Source of the DNA: Mobula hypostoma
Taxonomy: Eukaryota
Direction: 5' to 3'
DNA length: 64,000 nucleotides
Assembly: GCF_963921235.1 (NCBI RefSeq)
Contig: NC_086097.1
Location: 143,470,001 to 143,534,000, forward strand
Shown: positions 1 through 12,426 of the stretch, piece after piece
How positions within the stretch are numbered: position 1 is the stretch's first letter
How the letters are laid out: each line of letters opens with the position of its first letter
The notes under the pieces: generated by a model
Database searches by the model: none
The model's input: only the letters and a program-made list of their open reading frames with translations
Told to the model about the DNA's origin: nothing
Position numbers and translations under genes: made by a program

Positions 1-705
1 CCTTCTTGTTTGAGGAAACCTAAAATTGTCTCAGATGTTTGTGCTGCATACTGCTTCTGAGATTGTGTTTGAGGAGATCCAAGCATGAACACAAGGGACA
101 ACACAGGAACAGCATAGCTGGTGAGTTGTTGGTGCTGCATTGTGACATGCAAGGAGGAAACTAGTGAGCTTTTGGTTCATTGTAATGATGATCAGTGAGG
201 CCCAGAGGATCTCCATTTACTGACAAGTGACTTTTATGTCTCAACTAAAAAGTACGTGGGTTCACACTCTAGCTATCTGTGCGCATCTACTCAAATCCCT
301 GACCCTCTATGAACAGTCAATGAAGAGAAAAGATATTACCTGGGAAAGGAGTCTATGTTGGCCAAGCGTTTCTCATGATCCTGATTTCCATGTGTGCGTG
401 GGCTCCTCCTTTTCCGCAATGGTTGCTGAAGAGTTAACTCCCCTGTGTATTTGGAGCTCTTGACTGTTATTCTGTTCCTCATCAGTTGAACTATTGGATC
501 TCCATCCCGTTAGCTCAAGGTCACCTGACCTACCTGGGTCACCTTCTTACCGGCCATTCTACAGGACTACAACCAACATTATTTCATGGATCTGCCCACT
601 CCAGCCTTGTGTATTTGAGTCTTTCAACTCTGCCTGGCCCAAACCAGTCAAATGAGGCAACCCAGACAGATTCTAATGAGATTACAGATTGCTTCTTTGG
701 TAGGT

Positions 706-1875
706 CTGACACTTTACATAATAAGTAGCTACTCATCTGAGGATGGTCTCAGATTTAGCAGGTCATTACCTGAAGTTCCTTGTGTTTCATTCAGGCTACA
801 TCCACACTAGGCTGGATAATTTTGAAAACGCCGGTTTCGAGTAAAAATGACAGGCGTCCACACTAGGCGTTTTTCAAAATATCTCTGTCCACATTAAAAT
901 GTATATTTGGGCGAGTCTACTCCTACTGGGCATGCGCAGACACATCTACAGAAAACAAGCGAAGAGGAAACGGTATAATATTTACGATTCTGTGGCGGCA
1001 TTGTGCTATTTCCATTGGTCAAAAACTACAGTACCAACAACAACAGCGAAAGAAGGTTTCAACAGTGTCTTCGAGGAATACAAAGAAAACCTCTGCTGTC
1101 TTCGTTTAGACAGAGAATGAAGTGGAGCTGTTTCTGTGAGTTACAAATGACTACAAAGTCAGCAAAGCAGTGGAGAATATGGAGATGTTTAACTCCAAAC
1201 AAGCTACTAATGTAGACAATAAAGTAAACAACGCATGCATGAAGCCGTCCTCTACCCAAGATCAACAAGAGAGTGGAATCTTCTGCCGCCAGACCTGCGC
1301 AGTATTTCAGACATTAATACTTTTAAAGATAGACTCAATCAAATCAATTTAGGGGATCTAGTCAAAAAAGCTCACTTTACAATTTAACTCCCACGCCGTT
1401 CACACCGACTGCGTGTTATAACAGCCGTCCGGCAGCGCTTGCGCAGTACCAAGCAGAAGCAGAGAAAGCATTGTTGTTGTGGTGTTATCATGACAGCATT
1501 TTTAAATCTCTCCGTTTACCCCGTCCACACTACAACGCGCAACAATCGTTTTCAAATTTACACACTCTGGAGAGTGTTTTAGAAAAGCTCCGTTTTTGGG
1601 TGATGAAAACGTCGTTTCAATGTGGATGGAGGGTCAAAACAAAGAGAAAAAGCTTCGTTTTCAAAATTATCCGGTGTAGTGTGGACGTAGCCTCAATTGC
1701 TCTGATTAGTTTGTCCCAGAGCAAGAATCAGATCAGAGTCCTGGCCCTTTACATAACAAACAGCTACTTGTCTGAGAATGGTCTCAGGTTTAGCAGGTCA
1801 TTTCCTGAAGCTCCTTGTGTCCACATTCAATTGCTCTGATTAGATGATTCCAGAGCAAGAATCAGATCAGAGCCC
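706..1875. repeat. Imperfect ~134-bp direct tandem duplication; first copy split by a Harbinger insertion
   Basis: 706-793 plus 1696-1740 (ctgacactttacataat...ggtctcag.tttagcaggtcatt.cctgaag...cattca|attgctctgattag...gagcaagaatcagatcagag) recurs uninterrupted at 1741-1875. Confidence 0.85.
794..1692 (+). mobile_element. Non-autonomous PIF/Harbinger DNA transposon retaining an N-terminal Myb/SANT-like remnant
   Basis: ~37-bp TIRs GGCTACATCCACACTAGGCTGGATAATTTTGAAAACG / CGTTTTCAAAATTATCCGGTGTAGTGTGGACGTAGCC; 3-bp TSD TCA at 791-793 and 1693-1695; about 1108-1185 reads TENEVELFL*VTNDYKVSKAVENM, resembling the Harbinger Myb-like ORF. Confidence 0.88.
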
Positions 1876-1934
1876 ATAAAATGGGGGGAAACAAGACAAC
1901 TGGTTAGTCTGCTTCCTCTGTCCTTGATTAGACT

Positions 1935-4136
1935 GTAGTTTCTTCTGGCCAACAAGTTGAAATATCTGGTTCAAGTTGTGACAGCAAAAGCCTTAAGTCC
2001 CCACGTGTAACAATGTCCAAGCAGTTTCTGTTTTTTTGTGAGTATGTGGTTCACTGCACTGAAACCTCTTTTAACAAGGTAGGAGGATGGAAATGCCAAG
2101 AAGAGCAGCTTGGCTCTTCTCCAAAGACCAGGAAACTTCTTATGGGAGCATTGTCACATACCACAAAAGCTGACATTTTTGAAAAGCATGTTTGTTTCTT
2201 CACAGTTCTAAATTTTGATTATTTCTTCCTGCAAGCTCTCTTCCTATTCTTCCACCTTGCAAAGAAATGGGTTAATTACCCAGTGCAGAATTTCTAGATT
2301 GTTCAAATCCTTGAATTGATTCTGAAAATCCTTCTTCAGAGACTGTAAGCAGTACTCTTGCAAATCACCATCTGTGAACAGAGTGCCATACTTTCCATGT
2401 AGGGAAACTGAGAATATTCTTCTCCCAATGTTTTATTTATATATTTCCAATTTTCTGATAAAAGTGGACACTGAGCTTTTTGCCTGGATTAAATTGAATT
2501 TCTCACCCTGCAGTTTCATTTTTAGAAAGTTCATTTTGTTATTTAGATCGGCTAGGTATGTGACATCTCAGTGGAAGTTCAATCATGGTTCCCAAACTCA
2601 TGCCAACTTTGGGGAAAATTTAACCACAGTGTCAAAAAGATCAAATAAATGTTTTAAGCAGCAGCCTTTTGTCAGGCAATGCACTTCAGTGTGAAGAAGC
2701 AAGTGTTCAAACTCTTCATTGTTATCTTGGCATAACTGCTGAAATATTCTGCTACTTAATGGATGAGCTTTCATGTTGTTGATAGCAGATATTGCAAGAC
2801 AACAAACTTATTCGAAAGGCCAGTGATGTTGTGGGTTTGGAACTGGACTCTCTCACGGTGGTGTCTGAAAAGAGGGTACTGTCTAAGTTGCATGCCATCT
2901 TGGTAAATGTCTCCCATCCACTACATAATGTACTGGGTGGGCACAGGAATACATTCAGCCAGAGACCGAGATGCAGCACAGAGCGTCATAGGAAGTCATT
3001 CCTGCCTGTGGCCATCAAACTTTACAACCCTGACACCCTGTGCCGATAGGCTGGTCCTGGACTTATTTCATAATTTACTGGCATAATTTACGTATTACTA
3101 TTTAACTATTTATGATTCTATTACTATTTATTATTTATGGTGCAACTGTAACGAAAACCAATTTCCCTCTGGGATCAATAAAGTATGACTATGACTATGA
3201 CTATGAAATAAGTTGCTGGCTGAGGTTTTTGACTGCGAGATGTTGATGATGAATGGATTGCAAACAGACTTGGAATTTCTTTTTACATAAATGGCACTAC
3301 ACTAGCATTGTGACCTGTAATTTATGATGCTCCATCTGTTGCACAAGAAATCATGTTCCTGATCGGAATACTTTTATTCTCAATATATATTTTGAGCTCA
3401 TCATAGATTGATTCTCTGTTGATATTTGTTTTCAACTTTTCACAAAATAGAATCTCTTCATAAACTTTTCCATTTTTGATAAACCATACATATGCCGTTA
3501 GCAATGCCTCATTGTCTCGCACAGTTAACTCATTCAGTTGTATCCCAAATTCTGTTTTTTGTAGCTCTGTGCATAGTTGAAACTCAATGTCTTCATTCAT
3601 TTTGTCAATACGATAAGCTACAGAGTTATTACTCAGAGAAATTGATTTTAAGATATTGGTATCCTTTTTGAGAACAGTGGTGAGCACTTCTGATACAGCA
3701 GGCATTATTAATTTTTCCACATTTGTATGAGATTTTCCTTACTTTGCTATCATTTTGGAAATGTTATAAGTAGCAATGAGATCACCATCAAGGTCAATTT
3801 TAGCTTCCTTGGCAAATGACTTGAGAGTGCAATACTTGTCAAATGCTTCTTTCATCTTCTGGAACTGAGTAATACCATAAATAGCCTTTTCAGGGTGTCT
3901 TTTATGGAAGTGTTCTTGCAATCTTGATGGTTTCATGGCTCATTAGACAGTACATATATTACAAATACTGTATTACAAATAAGACACATGGGACATCGCT
4001 GATTTGATGGGAATGGAATAAAACCATATTCCAGGTACACAACATTATATTGACGAAATTTCTGTAGTTTCTGTATCTTAGTAGGATTAGAATTCAAGGC
4101 TTCATCGCCTTCAGACTCATAAAGATCACACCACAC
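1935..4136 (-). pseudogene. hAT (Buster/Charlie, SCAND3/ZBED8-like) transposase fossil with frameshifts and stops, interrupted by a Rex1 fragment
   Basis: zf-BED-like FRQYNVVYLEYGFIPF..PMCLIC..MKPSRLQEHFHKRH; LSNNSVAYRI..FGIQLNE..CATDGAS; LLLHTEV near 2690; C-terminal dimerisation-like LAFPSSYLVKRGFSAV..RGDLRLLL near 1985-2110. Confidence 0.88.
2798..3206 (+). mobile_element. Rex1/Babar LINE 3' end (5'-truncated)
   Basis: ORF 2792-3049 NKLIRKASDVVG..SHPLH..RKSFLPVAIKLYN is a typical Rex1 ORF C-terminus; ends with AATAAA and an (ATGACT)n tail. Confidence 0.85.
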
Positions 4137-4934
4137 GTATTTATTAATGGGGCTAAACTAAAATGAAAAAATTAACACAAACTGCGAATGCCTATTGGAT
4201 TTTGAAGATGATGGCGAGTTGACACGGATGGAACAATAGTAGCGGCACGGAAAAGAACAGCAAGGTGAAGATGAAGACGATCGCAACAGCAAAAATTACT
4301 TTGACAAGGATTCAGATTGGAACCTGAAGGTTAGTCAGGATAGAGCTAGTGTTCGGCAAGCTACCTTTATATTATTCCAGTTAGCGCAATTGACCAATCA
4401 CGTAAGGTCTCATAATCCCCAAAGATGGTTCTTGACTGCACATATGAAGCTGATGTTGCTTTGAATGCTTCAAGAGGAATCCTCGGGGTTGGCAGGTTCA
4501 CTGATTGTCTCTATTTCACCGTTTTTGGTTTTGACCTGTGCTGTATCTTGCATAATCTGTTTTCCATAGATCTGCAGAGAAAGTTGAGTGGGTGTACTTG
4601 ACTTACCAACTGTTAAATTGCATGAACTCGTTCTGTGTCTTGAGTCAAGGGGAACTGTTGTGCACCCTGGTTGCTAATTTATGCACTTCCAATAACGTCT
4701 CTTTGGTTGGAAAGGTTGGATGAGATTGCTGAGTTTCAGACGTGTTGTGACAACAAGTGCTCACCGCCTGCAGAGATATGGTTCTTCCTGTGTTCCAGTG
4801 CCTTGTCCCTTTTCTCTACTAACAGTCAATCAGGTCTCATGCTTCAAGTTTGAGTGCTGCTTACCGCCTCCATAAGAGTCTTGAACGCCCTCCGACGACT
4901 ACTATTTCCCCCAATGCCCCATTAGGACATGTAA

Positions 4935-6820
4935 CCACGCCCGTTGGGAATCATTGGTTTAAAGAATTCATATTTGTTGAGTCATGCCCTGAATCCATAA
5001 TCTTCCAAACTTTTTAATGTTATCTTGAGATTCTGTCTATGTTCCTTCTCAACCTTATTGGTAACAATGATGCCATCCAGGTAAAACTGAGTAGCTGGAC
5101 AGGCTTGCTGCACTTTCTGCTTTCTAAAAGAATGCAGGTGCAGGTCCAAAAATAAGCCTATTATAGCAATAAACCCTTTTGTGAGTGTTATGGTGGGAAA
5201 CATTTGGACTCCTCTTCCATCTCCATCTATAGGTCAGCTAAATCCATCTTGCTGAAGTGTTTTCTTCCAGAAAGGTTTGCAGAAGTATCCTCTATCCTGA
5301 GCAGAGGGCATTGATTTACTTTCAGTTCTGGGTTGATGGTGACCTTAAAATCACCACAGATCCTGACAGGTCCATTCTTCCAGCTATTGGGACCACTGGC
5401 ATTTCCCATGGGCTCCATGCAACCTTAGAAAGAATTCCTTCAGTCTCTATGTGATCTAGCTCACTGACTACTTTATCACAGATGGTATAAAGAACTGGAG
5501 GGGCTTTGCAAAACTTGGGTGCAAGCATTTTTATTTAACACAATTTAACACTTCATATGTTTGAGTTTTCCAATGCAATACTTGAACACTGCTGTGGCAT
5601 CTTTAATTCATTTATTAATTCACTTTCAGTTGGTTTCATTGCTGGGGATGCAGCTTGCAAATGGTAGATGGATCTCCAATCAAGTTGTAGTTGTCTCATC
5701 CAATCACATCCCCACAATGCTGACCTTCCTGTTTTACCACAAATAAACCCAGTGTGGGTTGTTGGTTGTTGTATTTCACTGCTACAAATGTCATTCCCAC
5801 AGGCATTATCTTTTCTCCAGTATAAGTTCTTCATTGGATATCTGCAGGCTTCTGTTCAGTTTCTTTTGAAATGCTGCTCAAACTCATTCTGTGGAATGAC
5901 TGAAACAGCTAAGCCAGTGTCCAATTCCATTTTAATTAATTTGCTGCTCACTTTGGGCGTAAGCCATATTGCTTGTCTCTTGCTAGGTTTCACACTGTAA
6001 ATCTCAAGGCTACCCAGTCCTGTGTCACTCATCATTACCAGAGTTTTCATCAACAGCACGCAGATTAGTGCTCTTTTTCAAATTACGTCCTTTTTAGCTT
6101 TCTCTCTTCCTCGTGCAGTTCATTTATTTTTGTGTGCCTGACATGATCTTTGTATGTGTCCTATTTGTTGCATTTTCTGCAAGTATTGCCTTTAAATCTG
6201 CATTGATTTGGTGTATGTGAGCCCATGCCACAACAGTAACCCAATATGTTTGGCCAGGCCTGTTACTATTTAGATGTTGCAACTTTGTTCATGCTTTCAT
6301 TCTTGACTGCAACGCAATTGTGTCTCTGTCCGAAGTTTCCCTTGATACAGTTACTTCAACTGCTGTTTTAAAGGTAAGTTGTGCTCCAGTTAGGAGCCAT
6401 TTTTGAATGCTTTTTTGTAAGATTCGACAATCTAAATGATCTCTCAGTGCATCGTTAAGCCTATTACTGAACTGACAATGCTCGGACAATATCTTCAATT
6501 CGGCCATGTACGCTGAAATAGACTCTCTTTCCTTTTGATTCCACTTATGAAATCTAAAGCATTCTGCAATCAACAATGCTTTTGGTTCTACATGTTCCTG
6601 CATTACTTTCATGATATCAGCAAAGCTAATTTTAGCTGATTTGGTTGGAGCAGTTAAACTTTGAAGCAAACTGTATGCCTTTAAACTCACTTTGCAAAAT
6701 TGGTACTTGCTTTTCATTGGCAATTTCATTTGCTTCAAAGTGCTACTCAATTTGCTCAGTATACAAAATTCAGTTAGCAGTTGTAGATTCAAATGTGTCA
6801 ATCTTTCTGATGTAGCCAGT
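4935..6820 (-). mobile_element. Degenerate Gypsy LTR retrotransposon internal region (gag, zinc knuckle, protease, RT)
   Basis: gag LIAECFRFHKWNQKERESISAYMAELK..HCQF..LNDALRD; CCHC-like knuckles around 6150-6240; protease MELDTG; RT VRICGDFKVTIN..FSKMDL and YLDGIIVT. No LTRs recognised. Confidence 0.88.
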
Positions 6821-7012
6821 TGAGGCCAGTTCATTGGCTATATTTAAGAGAGAGTTAGCTATGGCCCTTGTGGCTACAGGGGTCAGGGGGTATGGAGGGA
6901 AGGCTGGGGTGGGGTTCTGAGTTGGATGATCAGCCATGATCATAATAAATGGCGGTTCAGGCTCGAAGGGCCGAATGGCCTACTCCTGCACCTATTTTCT
7001 ATGTTTCTATGT
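6818..7012 (+). mobile_element. CR1 LINE 3' end
   Basis: Reverse-complement match to 61559-61760; ends gggccgaatggcctactcctgcacctattttctatgtttctatg (CR1 hairpin plus TTCTATGT tail). Confidence 0.85.
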
Positions 7013-7498
7013 TAGATTATGAAATCATGTCCCATAAATTTATCCCGTATTTAAGTATGGAGGTTAAGGGACACTTAAGTTGGGCATTGAAGATGTTAAA
7101 ATGATTTAATCAAGTATGATTGAGAGAAACTATCTTCTCTCGTGGAGGAAGTCCAAAACATAGATATTTACTCTTAAATCTAGAGTTGAATCTAATTTTG
7201 TTGACCAAAGGGAAACATTAGGGAACAGTTTTTCAGCTCAGAAATATTGGAAAACCTGAAAAACTTTTTTCTAAATTGCCAAGCTGAGAGCTTCCAGGAC
7301 AAGAAGTGATGTTATTGTATGAAATGATCAAGAAAGTAAAGCAAAAGTAGATAAATAGAATTGAAGTACATTATGGAATGTATGTATTAAATAGAATAAT
7401 TGGTTAAAGAGGGTGAATATCCCACTCCTTCCTGATGTGGCCCAATCGTGACTTGTGAGTGCTGAGTTCAATTTGCTTTTGGCTCTTCTTTCTTACAG

Positions 7499-7530
7499 AA
7501 CTGAGTGAAGATTTTGAAAGAGGAGCATGA
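7499..7530 (+). CDS. Weak candidate terminal coding exon ((E)LSEDFERGA*) of an unidentified gene
   Basis: Strong acceptor ttttggctcttctttcttacag at 7477-7498, branch-like ctgag near 7462, purine-rich short reading frame then TGA, followed by unique AT-rich UTR-like sequence with ATTAAA. No homolog recognised. Confidence 0.3.
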
Positions 7531-7939
7531 ACAGCAGCGAACAAGGGAGAACCAGTTGCCGAGGCAGCCAAAAATCTTGATTGTGGGACGTAATTTGTAA
7601 AATATATTAAAATATTGCCTGTGGACTTCCTTGAAAATACAGTTAATGTAAGGCATATTTCAAGAGTAAAATTTGCAATCCATATTGTATTCAGCCTTTG
7701 GGCTAGGTCCCAACCCATTTTCTTGAGAAATTATGCCAAATATTTCTCAGCATCAATAGCAACTGGCATTAAAAAGCCTGATTAAGTAATCTATACCCCT
7801 TAGTGTGGTCATAAGGCTAATGTTAAATGGAATTATTTTTAAAGAGTGAATCACATTGTTTGAATAATCAAATTATAATTGCTATTAAATGTAAATTTGA
7901 CTCTGAGTTTAATGTTGGGAACTAATTAAGCTCACCTCA

Positions 7940-8720
7940 AAGCCCAAGAAGAGCAGGGTGAGCTGTCTCAATGACTATTGCCCAGGAGTGTTCACATCTA
8001 CCATAGTGAAAAGTTTCAAGAAGTTGGTTATGGCGAGAATTAACTCTTGCCTGAGTAAGGATGTTGCCCCACTAAAATTTGCCTACCATGGTAACAGATC
8101 TCACTGGCTCTCTATTCTGCTTCAGGGCACCTAGACAACCATAAGACCTATGTCAGGCTAACGTTTATTGATTATAGCTCAGTGTTCAACACCATTATTC
8201 CGTCAGTACTGATAACCAAGCTCAAAGATGAGCCTCTCTACCTCCCTCTGCAATTGGATCCTTGACTTACTTGTTCAGAGAGACAGTCAGTATAGATAGG
8301 TGATAAGATCTCCTCCTCGTTGGCTATCAGCACTGAGGCACCTCAAGAATGTGTACTTAGCTCTACTCTCTCTACACTCATGACTATGTACCTTGGCACA
8401 GTTCAAATGTCGTCTATAAATTCTCCAGTGACACCACTGTTATTGGCAGAATTGCAGATGATGCGGAGGAACTGTACAGGAGCGAGATAGATCGGCTGGT
8501 TGAGTGGTGTACGTGATCACAAGGAGCTGCAGAGGATTATCGTCTCAGCCAGCTTTATCTTGAGCACAAGTCTCCCTCCCCACACCCTCCTCCATTGAGA
8601 ACATCGTCAAGAGATGGCGCCTCAGGAAAATGGCATCCATCATCAAGGATTCTCTGAATCTGAGACATACCCTCTTCTCAATACTGCCATCAGGGAGGAG
8701 GTACAGGAGCCTGGGACACC
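7940..8720 (+). mobile_element. Degenerate Rex1/Babar LINE RT fragment
   Basis: Decayed motifs [40 protein letters not shown], and C-terminal PSGRRYRSL. Confidence 0.75.
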
Positions 8721-8944
8721 TGGCTCTTGGCCTTGCTTTACACGTGGACAAAGGAGCTGAGTTGAGAGTGGCTTGATGTAAATCCAAGGCAACATTTGAC
8801 TGAACATCAAAGAGCTCCATTAAAACAGCGTCAGCAGAAAACAGGCTGGACATTCTCTAAGGACTTGTCATGCCTCATGTAAAGGTGATTACACTTGATG
8901 GAAGTCAGTAATCTCAGCTTTAATTCATGACTGAGGTATTTGAA

Positions 8945-9200
8945 TTTAAATTTATTTAAATCTTACATCCGTCCCATGACGTGAGGGAGTGAAAATCTTT
9001 GCGTTATGACTCCGTCGCAATGTTCAGACATATGAATTTAAAAGTCTAATGCCTTGTAGAAAGAAGCTGTCCCATAGTCTGTTGGTTCTGGCTTTAAGGC
9101 TGTGGTACTGTTTGCCAGTCGGAAGCAGCCGAAACAGTTTATGGTTGAGGTGACTGGTGTCCCCGGTGATCTTCCAGGCCCTCTTTACACACATGGCAGT
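8945..9200 (-). mobile_element. Rex1/Babar LINE 3' fragment
   Basis: Minus strand reads ..GKQYHSLKARTNRLWDSFFLQGIRL followed by a 3'-UTR-like segment. Confidence 0.6.
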
Positions 9201-9229
9201 GTACTAGCCCTGGACATTTTCAAGCATTC

Positions 9230-9610
9230 CGGGGAAAGGTCAGAAAAATGGATGTATGCTGATGATCGCACAGTTCAATTCCATTCCCAGATCCTCAATA
9301 AAGCAGCCTGTTTTCGCATGCTACAAGATGTGAATAACATTCAGGCATGGACTGAGAAAAGGCAGATAACATTCATACCAGACAAGAGCCAAGCATGATC
9401 AACTGTCCTTTAAATTTAATCACAGGACCCACAACAGAACTAGTACCATAAATATGCTTGGGCTCACCATGTATTAGAAACGTAACTGAAGCCATCACTG
9501 ATACACTGAACTTACACAAGCAGGGGAGTGGTTCTCATTTCCAAACCTTACCACTATCCACAAGATAAAACAAAAATGCGACAGAACATTCACTGTTTAC
9601 TTGAATGAGA
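9230..9610 (+). mobile_element. Old CR1/L2-group LINE RT fragment
   Basis: MYADDRTV..MLQDVNNIQAWTEKRQITFIPDKSQA (YADD motif); a related decayed copy lies at about 51230-51880. Confidence 0.6.
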
Positions 9611-9623
9611 GGGAAAAAAAATA

Positions 9624-10904
9624 CGAGGGGTGATTGATAAGTTCGTGTCCTAAGGTAGGCGGAGTCAATTTTAGAAAGCCTAGCACATTTATTTTTCCTA
9701 CATTTACACATTTAGTCCAGCGGTCGTGGAGCATACGGATCCCTTCTTTGTAGAAGTGTTCCACAGCAGGGGTGATTGATAAGTTTGTGGTCTAAGGTAG
9801 AAGGAGATGAGTTATTAACTTCAAACTTTCTGCATGTTCACTCAAAGAGTTGAACTGCACGTGCATATAACAAGAGCTGTATAACTCATCTCCTTCTACC
9901 TTAGGCCACGAACTTATCAATCACCTCTGCTGTGGACCACCTGAAGGTCCAAGACGTTCTAGTTACACGCACGGTGCAGTTCAACTGTCTGAGTGATAAT
10001 GCAGAAAGTTTGAAGTTAATAACTCATCTCCTTCTACCTTAGGCCACGAACTTATCAATCACCCCTGCTGTGGACCGCTTCTACGAAGAAGGGATCCGTA
10101 TGCTCCACGACCGCCGGAGTAAGGCTACGTCTACACTAGACTGGATAATTCTGTAACCGAAGCATTTTCTCTTCGTTTTGACCCTCTGTCCACACTGAAA
10201 CGGCATTTTCCTCCTCCGAAAATGTATCTGAAAACGCCGGTTGGGTGTGGGGTAACCGGAGGTTTTAAAAAACCTGTTGTCCCTTTCATCGGTGAAGAGA
10301 CTATGGCTGTAGGAAATGTTTTCAGGGTGACCCCCCTGTGGGATTGGGGAAGATGTTGGTGGGGCCACCCGGGGGTCTGTGTGTCTGTATGTGTAGCTAT
10401 TGTAGTGGCTGTGAGGCTGGTATTGTGTTAGTTTTTCAATGTTTGTCGTCAGCCGGGTCATACTGTCCATGAACTCCCTGTCGGTTGCCTCCATACACTC
10501 CAGTATTTGTTTTTTTTAGTTTTAGGTCCACCTGTGCGAGAGCCAACAGCTGTCCATTGTTTGGCAATTTCCTTTTAAGTTTTTCTAGTCTGTAACTGGA
10601 CAAACGTGCACCAAGTATACTGTTTCCTCTTCGCTTGTTTTCTGTAGATGTGTCCTGCGCATGCCCAGTAGGAGGAGATTTGCCCAAATACCTGTTTTAA
10701 TGTGGACAGAGGTATTTTCAAAAATGCCTGGTGTGGACGCCTATTGTTTTTACGCGAAACCGGCGTTTTCAAGTTATCCGGTCTAGTGTGGACATAGCTC
10801 AATTGTGTACATGTAGGAGGGGACTAGGTTGAAAAATAAATGTGCTAGATTTTCTAAAATTGACTCCTTCTGCCTTAGGCCACGAAGTTATCAATCACCC
10901 CTCG
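9624..10904. mobile_element. Mariner-type MITE, nearly palindromic, with a nested Harbinger
   Basis: TA TSD at 9622-9623 and 10905-10906; termini CGAGGGGTGATTGATAAGTTCGTG..CTAAGGTAG and its reverse complement; long inverted arms. Confidence 0.88.
10123..10799 (-). mobile_element. Non-autonomous PIF/Harbinger element (same family as 794-1692) retaining a C-terminal coiled-coil remnant
   Basis: TIR GGCTACGTCTACACTAGACTGGATAATT..; 10625-10799 is the reverse complement of 794-970; TSD TAA (10120-10122) / CAA (10800-10802); ORF remnants RLEKLKRKLP..LLALAQVDLKLKK and MEATDREFMDSMTRLTTNIEKL. Confidence 0.85.
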
Positions 10905-10906
10905 TA

Positions 10907-12310
10907 TATTGATGAAAGGAGTATGTTGATGTTGTTTCTATACACTTCAGTAAGATCTTTGACAAAATCACACGTGGGAATCTGTTTCAAAACATTAGAG
11001 CATAGAAGATCCAATACAGGTTTGCAAAATGCATCAAAAACTGGCTTGATAATAGGAGGCGATGGTAAAAGGATGCTTTTGTGATTGTAAGTCTGTGATC
11101 AGTGTTATACCACGGGGGTTGATGCTGGGACCTTTACTGTTGGGTGTATATATAAACCACTTGGAGATGAAAGAAGGAGACATGATTAGGAATATTGAAG
11201 TTGATAAAAAGAATTGATGGTGCATTTCTAATGAAGGGGATATTCTCAGGCTGCAAGATGGTAATCAGTTGATCAGATGGGCAGAGCAACGACAAATGGA
11301 ATTCAATGCTGGGGATGCATTTTGTGACAACCAATATACAGTAAGTAAGGTATTGAATCACAGAGTAACATAGTATGGAAAGAGGTTCTTTGGCCCAGCG
11401 TGTCCATGGTGACCAAGGTGCCCATTTCAGCTTGTTCTGTTTGCCTGGGTTTGACACATACTTACAGAATTATAGAATCCTGGGGGCGAGTTGAGGAACT
11501 TTGGTGGAACTATATGTAGATAACGATGTGAAGAAGGAATAAACAATATTTTCCTTCCATAGACTGGAAATGGATTATAAGAACAGGGAGGTTATGGTAC
11601 AACTTTATGAAACATTAGTTAGGCCGAGGCTGCCATATTATAGGAAGGATGTGGTTGAACTGGAGTGGGTTGCAGAGGAGATTGTCCAGAATGTTGTCTG
11701 GGAAGGAATGTTTCAGTTAGAGGAGAGTATACTCAGAATGGATTTATTTTCTGGATAGTGGAGGAGCTAAGGCTTAGACAAAATTCCCGGGGGGGGGGAC
11801 ATGCATATGTATTAGAAATTGCTTCTCCTTAGCAGAAGTTTCTAAACTTGAGGCCATTAGTTTAGAGGGTATCAAGAAAGTTTTTCCCATCCACATGGTG
11901 GTTGGAAACTGGAACGAAGTGCCTTAGGGGGAGGTAGTAGCAGGTATCCTTGCACAGTGTTTAAGATGCAGTGTATGTAGGTGAACACTTCAATCATCGA
12001 GGCTATGGACCAAGTATTGGGGAGCAGGATTATTATAGATGGGTACTTGACATGATAGGCTGAGGGCTTGTTTCTAAGATGTATATCTCCCTGACTCCAT
12101 GGAATTCTCTGCCACAGATGGCGGTGGAGGTCATCCATAAGTGTTTTTAAGGTGGAAGCTGTTAGTTTCCAGATTAGTCAGGGCAAAAGGATATGGCGAG
12201 AAGTCAGGTGTGTGGGGTTGAGAGGGATCCAGGATCAGCCATGATGGAATGGTAGAGCAGACTTGATGGGCTGAATGGCCTAATTCAGCACATTAATGGT
12301 CTTATGGTTT
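10907..12310 (+). mobile_element. Old fragmented CR1 LINE ORF2 and 3' ends
   Basis: Decayed SVIPRGLMLGPLL, MDYKNREVMVQLYETLVRP, and a CR1 3'-UTR motif at 12095-12310. Confidence 0.7.
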
Positions 12311-12426
12311 AACACTCAGAAACTTGCTACTATCAAAGCAACCCAGTCTTATGCTCTAGACATTCAATCCCTCTCATATTGTTACCACAGGACTCTTATG
12401 TTTGATACTTCCAAGATGTTCTAGAG

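Noticed and set aside
3322..4136. Domesticated ZBED8/SCAND3-like host gene
   Set aside because: Multiple frameshifts and stops plus a LINE insertion; it is a transposon fossil.
4400..4900. Possible continuation of the Gypsy or hAT element
   Set aside because: I could not find diagnostic motifs in any frame; left unannotated.
9624..10120. Recurrent ~30-bp repeats that could suggest a CRISPR array
   Set aside because: Repeats occur in both orientations, the intervening sequences are inverted copies rather than unique spacers, there is a TA TSD, and the context is eukaryotic: it is a MITE.
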